Shown here: positions 16,211 to 27,533 of the stretch, one piece after another
Layout: each line of letters begins with the position of its first letter
Position numbering within the stretch: the stretch's first letter is position 1
DNA from: an uncultured virus (IMG/VR IMGVR_UViG_3300043434_000216)
Lineage: Duplodnaviria; Heunggongvirae; Uroviricota; Caudoviricetes
DNA: 64,000 nucleotides
Virus record (IMG/VR): IMGVR_UViG_3300043434_000216
Direction: 5' to 3' (one strand)
Program-made: the position numbers and the translations under genes
Notes under the pieces: model-generated
Seen by the model: only the letters and a program-made list of their open reading frames with translations
What the model was told of the DNA's origin: nothing
The model's database searches: none

Positions 16211-19200
16211 TTATTTTATCGACTTTAAGTACAAATCTTCTGTGTCGTAAGCCTCTTTTGTTGACATTCCGTAATCAATTAATCCATCAATTACTTGGCG
16301 CGCCTTTGTAGCGTCCTTTTCAAACATATACTTTAACAAATTAGCCTTACCCTCAACTCCTTTTGTATGGAAAAGAATCTTAACTTCGTTGGCTATGTCA
16401 CTCTTAATAAATGCTCTGTCATATTCAGCATTATCAATATTCTTAGCTCTTGCATCAATTCTACTCATAATTAAATCATTCTCCCAATACCCTTCCTCTT
16501 TTGCCATTTTATCCACATTGGTGAAGAAGTTTTTAGGGTCAGCCTTGTATAAGTCTTTTAACTGAGTGTCAATCTTTCTTTCGGTATCATTAAATCTCAA
16601 GCTTTCTTCTCTAGACATCTTATACAACACATCATTGCTTCTAATCTCTGCCTTCTCAGCATCAGTATAAGTTGCGAATTTCTTAGTTAACGATTTAAGT
16701 AATTTGCCACCACTTTCAGATACCGAGTATTCCCCTTTCTGTGCTTGAGATTTAGCAGGTACAATTAAATTTGCAACATCAGATAACAAGCTGTAAGCTA
16801 ATCCAACCCAAGGAGTTGTGCTTGGAGATGTAATCAATGTCTCTGCCATAGCTTGTAATTTAGCAGGAGATACTTGATTTTCGGATGTGTTATTAGCCAT
16901 AGACATTGCAATTGCCTTATAGAAGTAAGGTATTGATTTGTCGTCTTGACCTCTCATATATGGAGATACATCAGCATCCTTTGCCTTCTCGATATCTCTG
17001 TTTCTGAAAGCATCAAATCCCATAAATCCTTTTATAGCAATATTAGCTAATGTGTGTTTTGCTAATATTTGAGCACCACTTTTCTTTAAATCTTCGATAG
17101 ACGTTACATTAGGAACGATTCCAAATAAAGCGTGATTAAGCAACTCAATTGTTCTATCAATTGTTCCGCCAACTGTGTAATCCTTTTGTTTGTCTCCTCG
17201 TAAATATCTCATAGACATCTCAGCCGCTTCTCTTGAAACCCCAAGCAATGGTATTAACTGCGGGTTATTTTTTATGTCAGCTGTAACAAAGATTGGATTC
17301 CCTTTATCATCCTTCATTTTAGTATCAAATGAGAACATAAATGAGTACAAGTCTTTTCTGTATTCATCAAGTTCATCATAAGCATCTCCCATTAATGCCA
17401 TAATAGCCAGAGTCCCCAAGAACTTACCAATGACAAGTTGAGAAGCTTTATTTGCAAATTTAGCTGGATTGTCACTAATATACTCAAGTGCCACCCCCGA
17501 TGCCTGAATAGCCGAGTTAAGATATGCAATATTAAGATTTGGCACGTCAGTTCCTCTTTGAGCAAAGTCTGTATAAGCTCTAGATTGTGCCGCAGCAATC
17601 TCTTGAATCTTTAACATATCTGAGCTACTAGGATTTGCTCCATTGTTATCCTCGTTAAACTTGTTAATAAGGTTATTCTTAGCTTGGTCATACGCCGCTA
17701 GACGCATCGCAATCTCAGTCCCCTCATTCATCTTAGAATTAAATGCCTTAAACTTACTCTTAATCCATTGACCTTTGCTATTCTTTTCCCCTTCGTATAA
17801 AGATAGCTCGATAGTTCTTTGTCTCTGTTCTTTCATCGTAGACATTCTATCCATAGCCCCACCTGCCGCAATATACTCTGCAAGCAAATTGTCCACAAGC
17901 TCAGTGTTTCTACCAAACAGATTAGCAAACTTGATGGTACGAGCGATAGCTCTAGCCCCAGCTACGTACACGTTTGATTTAATCGGGCTTCCTTGTGTCC
18001 AAATATCTGTAAAGAATACTTGTTGTTGTAAGTCCATAGGGATATTGCCAATCCAGAAGAACGGGTTATTTCTTGTAGCAAAACCTGTTAAGATTCTATT
18101 AGCATAGTCAGTTGTATCATAGTAAGCACTTTTGTCTTTCCACTTAATGTTGTTCCCTTCAATTTGGTTGAACATTTCTTTCTCCATCTGGAAATAGTTA
18201 ACAATGCCATCTTTCTTGTATGGGACATTAACGAATCCTTCATCTGCATCCGCTACAGATAGTTCTTTTCCATTAGAACGAATGTCGCCATTCTTATCTC
18301 TTAAGTATTTCGCAGGTTTAATGAATTCGACTTTTCTGCCTTCTTTGTCAATGATTGACTGCTCTCTACCGTTTTCATCTACTTTAATATTTTCGTCAAA
18401 AATAGCTTCGCGCAATTTGTTCTTAGCTATAGCTCTTGCAGTTCCAATAAAGCTCTCAGCTAGCAATAGTCTAGCATCTTGTTCTAGGTAGTTTTCGGCA
18501 CCCTCTTTAGATAAAGATGACCAACCTTTAATAGACGTAACGCCATTAAGCATAATTACGCTACTATCTTGCTCGCCATAAAGTCTTTCAAGAGTTTTTC
18601 TGTAAGCATAGAAGTCATCCTTATAAGTATCAGCTACCTCTTTAGAAATTAATCCAGCATCTCTAAGTTTGATTACTTGAGCATTATTGACCTTCCTAAA
18701 CAATTCAGCACGAGCTCTAAGCATATTGTACTCAGACTCTCCAAGTTCAGCTCTTAAGCCATCTAAGAACGATTGCGCTGTTTGTGATGTAGCTGGTATA
18801 CCGTTCTTCGTCTTACCGTGCATTTTAACAGGCACATTCTTTCTAGCTTGCATAGCTATTGACCTAGCCTCAATAGCGGAAGGTAATCTTCTATTTTCTT
18901 TAGAAAAATCAAGAGTTAATTTCTCTATTTCATCTTGATATTTTTGCTCCGTGTTCTTATCAATCTGTAAGATACGCAAGTTAAATATCATAGAGTTTAA
19001 TGCTCTTTCTCCTTCTGCTTCTAGCCCATTACCAAAGATGTCATTGTAGTGCTTAGAAAGTTCTTGCCCAGCCGCGTACGCAACACCATTAAGTGTCCTT
19101 AATCTAGCTTTAGCTAAGCTTTCTTCTGTACTAGCTACATCAAGCTTTCTTCTTGCAAAGAATCTACTATCATATTGAAGAGCGATGTACTTCATCTTCT

Positions 19201-22200
19201 CAGCCCAGAACCCTGCAGCTTTAGTCAATAAGCCTTTTTTCTCTTTATCGTATCCTTCGTTGTATTCATCAACAACCTTGCTTTTCTGATTTAATTTAGA
19301 ACCTTCTGGAATAGATAAGTCTGGGTTATCAGTTGGTAGCGATGGAGCTAATGGGTCATAAGATGCTTGAGCTACAATGTCTTCTGCCTTCTCTTTAGTT
19401 AGATTAAATGGTGCACCCATTAGCGCATCAACAATCTCTGACTTAGAGTAATTCTTTAGATTTTCTCTTACAAACTGAATACGCTTATCATCGCGGCTAA
19501 TGTCTGAGAATTGAATTGTTTCTCCTGCATTATTCTTAAAAGAGAAGTTATCTACGAACGCTTGGCTTCCAAATGGAGCTCTTTCAACATTCTTAGCTAA
19601 TACTAATGACCCTACTTGAATAACTTCATCTGCACCTAATAATGCTTCTCCAGTTGATTTGTCATAAAAGAAACTATGTCTGAATGGATTCATTCCAACC
19701 TGTACCCATTGAGGGTCATTAATTAGTTGCTCAGCTCTCTTGTGAACAGATTCTGGGCTTTCATTTGCCCACTCCCCAAACATACGGGCAATAGTATTTT
19801 TATCATTCTTTATTGCTATACCAATACCGCCTTTTGCGCTTGTTTTAAATTGGACATTTTTTAATACAGCAGTTTGACCATAAGCTAATACTTTACCCTC
19901 TTTTAACTGGTCGTGAATAGAAACAACCCAAGTGTCGTAATCTTCGTAAGCGGGTATATCTAACCGTGTAGCAACTTTATCGCCATCATTAAATGAGCGA
20001 TTTACTCCTACTATTCCACCTCTCCCTAATTTACCATTATCTAACGCAGAAATAACGTCTTTTAACGTAGGTAATTTAGGCACCTGCAAGAATGGCTTTA
20101 TTGGTTGATTAGACCTTACAACATCAACATATCCATCTAAAGTAATGTTTCCATCTAATAGGTTCTTTGCAGCCTCTTGTACTAATGGATTTCTTACTTG
20201 TCTTTGGCTTACTTTGTTCTTTTTCTTCCAATCTTCTCTCTCCTGCATAGTCATCCCTGCTTCTGCTACTGTAGTCTCAGGGGAATATGTGCGGTCGATG
20301 TCAGAAAGCTGAGCCTCGATATCGCCTCCTACATAAATTGATGCAGCCAACTGTAATGAAGTCTTTTTCTCATATGGCTTTGGATTGCCAAATTTATCTA
20401 GATAAACTTTACCTGATTTACTTTCGCCACTTTCAATAGGTAGGATTAGGTCATCAACTTTGTATGCCGCATCTAATTTAAAAGGATTCTCTCCATAAAA
20501 CTTAGCGTTAAACAATGGATGAGCAACTCCTTTGTCTTGTATAGAAACATAGTTTGATTCAGGCGACGTCTCAAATCCACTAACTGCTAATCCCCAAATT
20601 CCTTCATTAAAGAACTTATCAACAATATCTTTATTGCCGATTTGCTTAATGATACTTTCTGCATTTACCCCAAATTCGTCATAAAGAGATTTTGCTATAA
20701 ATTTCTTAGGCGATACCGAGACGAATCCTTTTTCATTCTTAGTATCTACTCTAGAACTTTTAGTAACAAATCCAGCTACAAGATTATTAGTCAAAGCTTT
20801 TCTTGCTTTGAAACTTGCAGGTGTAGATGCGCTAGATAACTTGTATCCTAGTTCGTCTATCATTACACCTATAGATTCTGTTGAACTAAAGTCTGTATTT
20901 TTGAATTTCTTAACAAAAGCGTCATACGCTTCAGTGCCGAAAGCAAGCTGCAAAGCTTTAATATCTTCGCCAAAAAACTCTTTTTTAAATGCAGGGTCTG
21001 ATGTTATGTTTTTAGGCAACTGGGTTATTGCATCAAGAATATATCTCAATGAATAAGAGTTTGACATTATGGAGTCAGGCGATTGCGTAGCTACAATTGT
21101 AACACCCTTTCCCTCTCCAAAAACTTTGTTTCTTAGCTTGTCGTGAGTCTTAACTTTAGACTCTAGTGTTGTGGCAAATCCGACGTTCCCTTCAATATTC
21201 TTCGTTAAAGACATATACTCAGGACCACCATACAAGAATATTTCTTTGCCAGATATAAGCTTTAGATTGCCAACTTTAGTCGGGTCCGAATTAATAAACA
21301 CAACCTTACCTCCGTAGCTATCATAGATGTCTTTAAGAGACCTGATTGGCAAATCAGATACGCCTTCTTCTTTGTACACATTGACTACAGGTTTATCTGT
21401 AACCTTAGCTCTTTCAATCTCCGATTGCTGAATACCTCCTCCGTAAATAGCGCTATTCTCGCTTTCGGTATTAATATCTGACGCAACCGCGAACTTTGAT
21501 ACATTACTAGAGCCAACAATTTCGGAAATATCTTTACCTGCGTTTAATACATCAGATATCTGAGTAGCTAATTTTGTCAAAGCAACTTGGTCTGAATCTT
21601 TTAATATTGGATTCAATCCTATTGCCTTAGCAATCTTGTTAATAAAGTCAATGACAGACTGCTTAAAGCTAGGCTTGACTTGATTAAGGTCTAACTTTCC
21701 ACTAGAAACACGAGCGATTAATTCGGCAACCAATTCGTCATTACGAGTAAATTCGTCGCCATACGCCTTAGTATTGCGTATCTGTTGCAATATTTTATTA
21801 ACTTCTGGATTAGTCTTAGCTTCCTCTTTTGCCGCAGCTACTAATTGCTTATATAACTTAGGCTCTGTATTGCGAATGATATTAATAATAGGGTGAGTTC
21901 CTTCGTGGAAGATAATAGTTTTACCCCACTCAGTTGGAAGTACACTTTCGTTAATAACGATTACTCCCTTGTTATTAAGGAACATTCCCTGAGACGCCTC
22001 TTTGTCATACTTTGCGCGTATAGCATTTGAGTCTAATATCTCTACATTAATTCCAGCAGTATATAAAGATGCTGCTAAGTTAGCTACAGCTTGTCTATTC
22101 TGAGTAGCTTGTTCGCTTTCTTGTTCTGCTAATTTAGCTCGAATTTCTTTTACTCTTCTGTCGTACTCTTGTTGAGCAATTGAAGGTGCTTGTTCAATAG

Positions 22201-25003
22201 GCTTACCCTCTGTTGTAGTGGTAGTTTGTCCAGACTCTCCTGTAGTCTCTGGAGCTGTTGCTGCTTGTCTTGCGGCGTCATCTGCTGCGGCTGCAAGCTG
22301 GTCTCTTGTTGCATCATTGAATAGTTTTTTTATTTTATATTTAGCATCAATTAACATCGCGCGCGTACCTTTAATTACACGCGTTTGCCCTTTGTCGTTA
22401 TCTAATTTAATAGACACAGCATTCCCCTCTTCGTCGTAAGTAATTGCCTTGAAAGGGTTCTGGCTCTTGTTAGTAAATTTCTTTCCATCAATGGTTACAG
22501 AGAAATCATCTCCAATCTCCATCTCTTGCGGAATGATATCAAACTCATCAATAGACTTGTTACCAATATCATTAATATTCCCAAACTCATAAACGCGGTT
22601 AGGGCTTTCAAACACAACTACACCATTACGTTGCTTGTATATCTCGCCTGTCTCACCCCTATATGTAAATGGAATCAATTCATCCACTGCATCGCGCATA
22701 GTTCTACCTGTGATTTTTTCTTCTTCAGGTTGTTCTATAACAGGCTGTGTTGCAACTGGCTCAGTAGCTTGAGTTGGCTCAACTTGAGCTTCAGTAGTTG
22801 GAGCCACAGGAGTTTCTCTCTCCGCATCTTCTAAGGATAAATTTTCATCGCTCGCGCTTACTCTATCCTGTAATCCTGATAGCTTTAATGACTGACCATT
22901 AGGAGAGATTTCCAAAACTTTTGCAGATTTATTACCATAGAATACAGTATCTCCCTCGTTAAAAGCAAATATGTTGGCATAACCTCTTCTTAATGTCTCT
23001 GCATCAGCTACATTTCCATCTACAATGTTCTTAGATATCTCTTTAGCATAGTTAATTACACGAAGACCTTTATTGAAAGACTTCTTGTTTGCCTCAAACT
23101 TAGCCTTAAAGTTAAGTTGCTGTGCTGGGTCTTGATTGACATTCCCTCCTTGTTGACCAATTCTTTCTAGGTCTTCAATAGATACGAGTCTACTGTTGTC
23201 TGTTAAGGATTGTACAGCAAATAATGGGTTGTTCATAGCTTCCTGAACAGCCATTTGATTATCGTTATATGCCTTTACAATAGAGTTAGGGATATTTCCT
23301 TGGATAGCTTTTTCTCCGTTCTCATTTTCAATAACAGATACATAGTTTCTGAAAGGCTCAGGAACATCTTTAGCTTGCTCGAAAGACATCGGAGAGACTT
23401 CGTCGTTGTCAACGTCATTCTTAATTTGGTCTTCTGTAGGCAACTCAAGCGGAGTCATAATCTCAGCTAGATTGCGAGCTATCTTAGCTGACTCCTGTGG
23501 AATAATACGTTCGGTATTGTCGTATAATAAGTATCTTGAATAAGAGTTTATATCTGAGTTTTGCTCAAACTTAGAAACGTTGCTCGCTATCTTATCAACA
23601 TTCTTTAATGCATTGTTATAGGAATTGTTATCTAACTTACCGTTAGAGTTAGCCTTAGTTAACCCTGTTTTAATTGTTTCAACAGACTTAGCTAACGCCT
23701 CTTTACCTTGGGAGTCATAAGCGTTCTGTAGTGTAGAATAAATAGATGGATTAAATGACTGAGAGTCAACAAACATTCCTCCCATTTGACCTGTTAAACC
23801 GCCATAAAACGAAGCATCTAATGCGCCAAGTAATGTCTTAGATTTAAATGATGGAGAAAGCTCCGCCTTGCCTGTCTCGGGATTAAATGTATTAAATACC
23901 CCTTCTTCGTCTTTAGCGTCATACAACTCCAACTTAGCGTTAGGGTTGTCCTCTTTACGCTTTCTTTCGTAGTAATCAAATAAATCCTGCTCAGCGCCAT
24001 CAATATATGTTTGTGCAAATTCTTCGGCTGCTTCAGGAAGAAATCCTTTAACAAAACCTTGCTTTAAGTTCTCAAGTGAGAATGACTTAGCGTACTTCTT
24101 TGCAACCTCCTGGAATGCTTCTTTAGATATTAGTGCGCCGCTAATATCCTTAATAGCTTCTTTTGATAAAGTCTTGCCAAGACCTTTTGATATTAGCTTG
24201 TCAACACCTATATTTTTTTCAATTACAGTTTCAACCAATGCGCCTACTGCAGACTCATTAAAAGCTTTGTCATCTGAAAATCCTTTAGCCTTAGCCTCCT
24301 CGTATCTTGATTCTAGGTTTTTAGAGTATAATGCCATTCCTCCAATTCCAGGAATAGCACCAACAACCATCTGGGTTATACCATCTGCAAGTTGATAGCC
24401 AATATTTTCGGCATCGCCATTAGTTACATACCCTTTGCCAACTAATTCCGTTATACTTGATGTACCCTTTGCTAGTTTTTGTTTTTCGTATGTAATTAGT
24501 TGGTCAGCCCCTTTTAATGCATTCTTTTCAGATAAACGAGATATTTCCTCCATCTGCTTACCTGCTTTTTCACCACCAACTGCTTCTGCAATTAATGACA
24601 TAGAAGGTGCGCCACTATGAGTCATAGCAGACTTAGAGGCACTTCTAAGAAATCCTTTTGCAGTAATAGGGACTAAGTCAATTAAATTCTTGGCTACACC
24701 AATAGTGCCACTATATAGATTCTCGTACCAAGCGTCGTCGTTGTGAGCACCATCCGTAGAATTTTCTGCCCCAGATAATTCCGTATCGACTTTTTTTTTA
24801 AATAAATTAATATCAGACTTGCTCAATCCAGAAATATCAACTGGAACTACGCTATCCCCAAATTGAAGTCCAAATCCATTACCTTTTTTACTTTCGATTA
24901 ACTGGTTAGTATCAAAAGAAACAGGCGTGACCATATTTGTCTCTTCGTCCAATATTCCGTATCCATTTCCACGAGAACTTTTTATTAATCTATTCTTAGC
25001 CAT
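16211..25003 (-). CDS. Large polyvalent virion/ejection protein (2930 aa)
   Basis: Position after the nozzle and pilot genes; zincin-like IFHEGTH motif; C-terminal DFAQRG..YLNSAIQ region resembling LPD38-type domains. Confidence 0.7.
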   Translation of the reverse strand: MAKNRLIKSSRGNGYGILDEETNMVTPVSFDTNQLIESKKGNGFGLQFGDSVVPVDISGLSKSDINLFKKKVDTELSGAENSTDGAHNDDAWYENLYSGTIGVAKNLIDLVPITAKGFLRSASKSAMTHSGAPSMSLIAEAVGGEKAGKQMEEISRLSEKNALKGADQLITYEKQKLAKGTSSITELVGKGYVTNGDAENIGYQLADGITQMVVGAIPGIGGMALYSKNLESRYEEAKAKGFSDDKAFNESAVGALVETVIEKNIGVDKLISKGLGKTLSKEAIKDISGALISKEAFQEVAKKYAKSFSLENLKQGFVKGFLPEAAEEFAQTYIDGAEQDLFDYYERKRKEDNPNAKLELYDAKDEEGVFNTFNPETGKAELSPSFKSKTLLGALDASFYGGLTGQMGGMFVDSQSFNPSIYSTLQNAYDSQGKEALAKSVETIKTGLTKANSNGKLDNNSYNNALKNVDKIASNVSKFEQNSDINSYSRYLLYDNTERIIPQESAKIARNLAEIMTPLELPTEDQIKNDVDNDEVSPMSFEQAKDVPEPFRNYVSVIENENGEKAIQGNIPNSIVKAYNDNQMAVQEAMNNPLFAVQSLTDNSRLVSIEDLERIGQQGGNVNQDPAQQLNFKAKFEANKKSFNKGLRVINYAKEISKNIVDGNVADAETLRRGYANIFAFNEGDTVFYGNKSAKVLEISPNGQSLKLSGLQDRVSASDENLSLEDAERETPVAPTTEAQVEPTQATEPVATQPVIEQPEEEKITGRTMRDAVDELIPFTYRGETGEIYKQRNGVVVFESPNRVYEFGNINDIGNKSIDEFDIIPQEMEIGDDFSVTIDGKKFTNKSQNPFKAITYDEEGNAVSIKLDNDKGQTRVIKGTRAMLIDAKYKIKKLFNDATRDQLAAAADDAARQAATAPETTGESGQTTTTTEGKPIEQAPSIAQQEYDRRVKEIRAKLAEQESEQATQNRQAVANLAASLYTAGINVEILDSNAIRAKYDKEASQGMFLNNKGVIVINESVLPTEWGKTIIFHEGTHPIINIIRNTEPKLYKQLVAAAKEEAKTNPEVNKILQQIRNTKAYGDEFTRNDELVAELIARVSSGKLDLNQVKPSFKQSVIDFINKIAKAIGLNPILKDSDQVALTKLATQISDVLNAGKDISEIVGSSNVSKFAVASDINTESENSAIYGGGIQQSEIERAKVTDKPVVNVYKEEGVSDLPIRSLKDIYDSYGGKVVFINSDPTKVGNLKLISGKEIFLYGGPEYMSLTKNIEGNVGFATTLESKVKTHDKLRNKVFGEGKGVTIVATQSPDSIMSNSYSLRYILDAITQLPKNITSDPAFKKEFFGEDIKALQLAFGTEAYDAFVKKFKNTDFSSTESIGVMIDELGYKLSSASTPASFKARKALTNNLVAGFVTKSSRVDTKNEKGFVSVSPKKFIAKSLYDEFGVNAESIIKQIGNKDIVDKFFNEGIWGLAVSGFETSPESNYVSIQDKGVAHPLFNAKFYGENPFKLDAAYKVDDLILPIESGESKSGKVYLDKFGNPKPYEKKTSLQLAASIYVGGDIEAQLSDIDRTYSPETTVAEAGMTMQEREDWKKKNKVSQRQVRNPLVQEAAKNLLDGNITLDGYVDVVRSNQPIKPFLQVPKLPTLKDVISALDNGKLGRGGIVGVNRSFNDGDKVATRLDIPAYEDYDTWVVSIHDQLKEGKVLAYGQTAVLKNVQFKTSAKGGIGIAIKNDKNTIARMFGEWANESPESVHKRAEQLINDPQWVQVGMNPFRHSFFYDKSTGEALLGADEVIQVGSLVLAKNVERAPFGSQAFVDNFSFKNNAGETIQFSDISRDDKRIQFVRENLKNYSKSEIVDALMGAPFNLTKEKAEDIVAQASYDPLAPSLPTDNPDLSIPEGSKLNQKSKVVDEYNEGYDKEKKGLLTKAAGFWAEKMKYIALQYDSRFFARRKLDVASTEESLAKARLRTLNGVAYAAGQELSKHYNDIFGNGLEAEGERALNSMIFNLRILQIDKNTEQKYQDEIEKLTLDFSKENRRLPSAIEARSIAMQARKNVPVKMHGKTKNGIPATSQTAQSFLDGLRAELGESEYNMLRARAELFRKVNNAQVIKLRDAGLISKEVADTYKDDFYAYRKTLERLYGEQDSSVIMLNGVTSIKGWSSLSKEGAENYLEQDARLLLAESFIGTARAIAKNKLREAIFDENIKVDENGREQSIIDKEGRKVEFIKPAKYLRDKNGDIRSNGKELSVADADEGFVNVPYKKDGIVNYFQMEKEMFNQIEGNNIKWKDKSAYYDTTDYANRILTGFATRNNPFFWIGNIPMDLQQQVFFTDIWTQGSPIKSNVYVAGARAIARTIKFANLFGRNTELVDNLLAEYIAAGGAMDRMSTMKEQRQRTIELSLYEGEKNSKGQWIKSKFKAFNSKMNEGTEIAMRLAAYDQAKNNLINKFNEDNNGANPSSSDMLKIQEIAAAQSRAYTDFAQRGTDVPNLNIAYLNSAIQASGVALEYISDNPAKFANKASQLVIGKFLGTLAIMALMGDAYDELDEYRKDLYSFMFSFDTKMKDDKGNPIFVTADIKNNPQLIPLLGVSREAAEMSMRYLRGDKQKDYTVGGTIDRTIELLNHALFGIVPNVTSIEDLKKSGAQILAKHTLANIAIKGFMGFDAFRNRDIEKAKDADVSPYMRGQDDKSIPYFYKAIAMSMANNTSENQVSPAKLQAMAETLITSPSTTPWVGLAYSLLSDVANLIVPAKSQAQKGEYSVSESGGKLLKSLTKKFATYTDAEKAEIRSNDVLYKMSREESLRFNDTERKIDTQLKDLYKADPKNFFTNVDKMAKEEGYWENDLIMSRIDARAKNIDNAEYDRAFIKSDIANEVKILFHTKGVEGKANLLKYMFEKDATKARQVIDGLIDYGMSTKEAYDTEDLYLKSIK

Positions 25004-25023
25004 ATTATGGGTTTTGTATTATA

Positions 25024-26532
25024 TTAAAATTCGTTTACTGGAATTGCCCCACCAGGTGAAGGAAGTTTTGTATTAGAAGGATTTGCTGGCTTAGGAGCCG
25101 CACTTATTATATTATTTTGTCTTGTTGGTAAGTTATATAATGTGCCTATAGCCTTTCTTACCATTGCTTTTTGTTTAGAAGGAATTCCAGCGCCAACATT
25201 TATTTCCTGAGCAAGCTCTGTATTAAATTCTTCTAAGTTAGAAACTTTTCTCCATTTAAACCCTGCTCTTCTGTCGTTTTTGTCGACATTTGCTGTTATT
25301 TGATTTCTTCCGTTTTGCCAAGCCTCAACCCAAGTCCCGCCATTTTCATCTCTAGCGATAGATTTAATTACTCCTTGTTGACCATTTACATTAAGGCTAA
25401 TATCTTTGCCAATAGGGTATTTTGTAAGATTAACAGGCTTTCCTGTAGAACTTCCTGGAAATGACACTTTAGTGAAATCCTTAAAAGGGTCATATAACAT
25501 CTCTACCTCTTCTTGCTGAGCCTTTGCATTTGTGTAAGCTGCCTGAGCCCAACTTGCTGCGGCAGATGCTGCTTTTGCATTTAAGTCAGCTTTTTGTTCT
25601 TTTTCTGCATATTTAGCTTTAACTCCAAGAATATCCGCTTGAGCTTCTTCTGTTTCAATTGCTGAAGCAGATTTAACCTGTTGTGATTTAGCTAACATTG
25701 GAACTTTAGTAGTATAATATTCTACCAACTGCTTATCTGTTAGGTTTTCTCCGTAAAAATTAGCTTGACGCCGCATTGCTGCCAATACCTCTGGGTTAGA
25801 TGCTTTTATTTGAGCTACAGTTTGGTCAGCATAATCGACCGTAGAAGTTGTGCCATCAGCATTCTTAATTGTAACTGGAGCAGGAGGGAATACATTGCCT
25901 TCTGCGTCTGAAGTCCAACCTACAGGTAATTCTCCTTGCACTCTAACTAAATTGCCTTTGCTATCTTTAACATCTTTAGAAAAGGGTTTATAAGGATTAG
26001 CTGACGTAAATGCTTTAATGTACATTTTAGTAGCATCCAAGCTCTTGGTATAAGTATCAGCTAAAGCAGCTTGTAAGTCACGAGGATTCTTAATCAAGTT
26101 CTCGTCAGACATCTTTGCAGACAATTCCTTATAGAATGTCTCAAAGCTTGTTAAGTTCTCCTTGTTAGCTAAACCCATCTGAAGCATTCTTTCATACTCC
26201 TTAGCCCCTAAATCATATCCTGTCTTAAGGTCTTTAATATCAGACACAGCTTGACGAATTTCGCCCATCTTACTGTAGTCAAGTTTACCGTTAGATAAGA
26301 TAGCAGAACTTGCGTGACCTAACAGGGCATTAGCTTTAGATGTAATGCTTTTTTGACCATAAATATTGAGGTCTTTCTTAAGCGCTTCTATATTTGCAAA
26401 AGCATTCTCAGCAAGAGCATAATCTCTTTGCTGTTGCTGAATCACTTGCGCAAATATGTTTCCCATTGCAGAACCTGTCTGCTGGAAATCCTCCTTAATA
26501 CTTTCCGCTGGGTTATAAACGAATCCTGCCAT
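25024..26532 (-). CDS. Putative internal virion (ejection) protein
   Basis: 502 aa, helical N-terminal half; between the pilot and the giant protein. Confidence 0.6.
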   Translation of the reverse strand: MAGFVYNPAESIKEDFQQTGSAMGNIFAQVIQQQQRDYALAENAFANIEALKKDLNIYGQKSITSKANALLGHASSAILSNGKLDYSKMGEIRQAVSDIKDLKTGYDLGAKEYERMLQMGLANKENLTSFETFYKELSAKMSDENLIKNPRDLQAALADTYTKSLDATKMYIKAFTSANPYKPFSKDVKDSKGNLVRVQGELPVGWTSDAEGNVFPPAPVTIKNADGTTSTVDYADQTVAQIKASNPEVLAAMRRQANFYGENLTDKQLVEYYTTKVPMLAKSQQVKSASAIETEEAQADILGVKAKYAEKEQKADLNAKAASAAASWAQAAYTNAKAQQEEVEMLYDPFKDFTKVSFPGSSTGKPVNLTKYPIGKDISLNVNGQQGVIKSIARDENGGTWVEAWQNGRNQITANVDKNDRRAGFKWRKVSNLEEFNTELAQEINVGAGIPSKQKAMVRKAIGTLYNLPTRQNNIISAAPKPANPSNTKLPSPGGAIPVNEF

Positions 26533-26534
26533 AA

Positions 26535-27521
26535 TTAATTACCAGTTGAGAACCATTGTTTATTGATTGGGTCCCAAGAATTTTGAGAATCAAAAGATTG
26601 TTGTGCTGTCATTGTAGGTGTACCCATTTTAAATCCACCTAAAGATGGGAATGAAATGTTTTGCCCTGTAGCCCCTGTCAATGGATTACCTAATAAAGCT
26701 GAAACTGCTGGATTACTCTTAATAGATTGGTCAGCATTTATTTTATACAGACTTGTTAAGTTTTGCATCTGTCTAGCCTGATTACCCATTTGCATCATAC
26801 CTGAACCAATACCAGATGCAATGCCTCCAATACCAGACCAGATTGCGCTCTTCGCTTCTTGTAATGCGGCTGCCTTAGCTTGTTCTCCTTCAAATAAACT
26901 TTGATTAAGATTCATCTCTCCCTCAAGTTTATTCTGAGTAATTCCCATAATGTTAGCTTGTTTGTTAGCTAATGATTGGAATTCTAAACCTCTCTCTCTG
27001 GCAGATGCTGCAGCTGTCTGACCTAATGCTGCAAATTGCTGCTGTTGTGCCATATTCTGTAAAGCCATTTGCTCTTGAGCAGAACGCGCACTAATAGTAT
27101 TTTGTGCTTGATTTTCTCCTTGTTGAGCTAATAATGCTGCAGTCATAATATCAGTACCGCTACCAGCTCCACGTTGTGCGGCAGCTAATGCGTTAGCAGA
27201 TGTTTGCGCTGCTTGGTCTCTAGCAATTTGCTCTCCAGCTCCACGCGATTGACCTGACGCCATACGCTTAGCTAAATCAGCTTGTTGCTCTACTTTTGTA
27301 TAACGAGAAATATCTCCTTGGTAAGTTGCTGCTCCTTTTGCTTGAGAAAGTAAATCTCCGTAGCCAGCATTGAATGCACTTCTTTGTTGCCCCGCATAAG
27401 TACGCTGAGCCTCAAGTTGTCTTTCAGCTTCGCTTTTCTTACCAAATGCTCCTACAAGACCAATTAATCCGCCTGCTGCACTTGCAGCCATTCCCCAGGG
27501 AGTTAATTTAGTTAAATCCAT
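26535..27521 (-). CDS. Putative DNA pilot/ejection protein
   Basis: N-terminal G/A-rich hydrophobic segment, Q/A-rich coiled coil, second GxxxG segment. Confidence 0.65.
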   Translation of the reverse strand: MDLTKLTPWGMAASAAGGLIGLVGAFGKKSEAERQLEAQRTYAGQQRSAFNAGYGDLLSQAKGAATYQGDISRYTKVEQQADLAKRMASGQSRGAGEQIARDQAAQTSANALAAAQRGAGSGTDIMTAALLAQQGENQAQNTISARSAQEQMALQNMAQQQQFAALGQTAAASARERGLEFQSLANKQANIMGITQNKLEGEMNLNQSLFEGEQAKAAALQEAKSAIWSGIGGIASGIGSGMMQMGNQARQMQNLTSLYKINADQSIKSNPAVSALLGNPLTGATGQNISFPSLGGFKMGTPTMTAQQSFDSQNSWDPINKQWFSTGN

Positions 27522-27533
27522 TTTGTGTTATTG

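Noticed and set aside
16211..25003. crAss-type virion RNA polymerase
   Set aside because: No DxDxD catalytic motif in the expected context (such as DFDID) was seen
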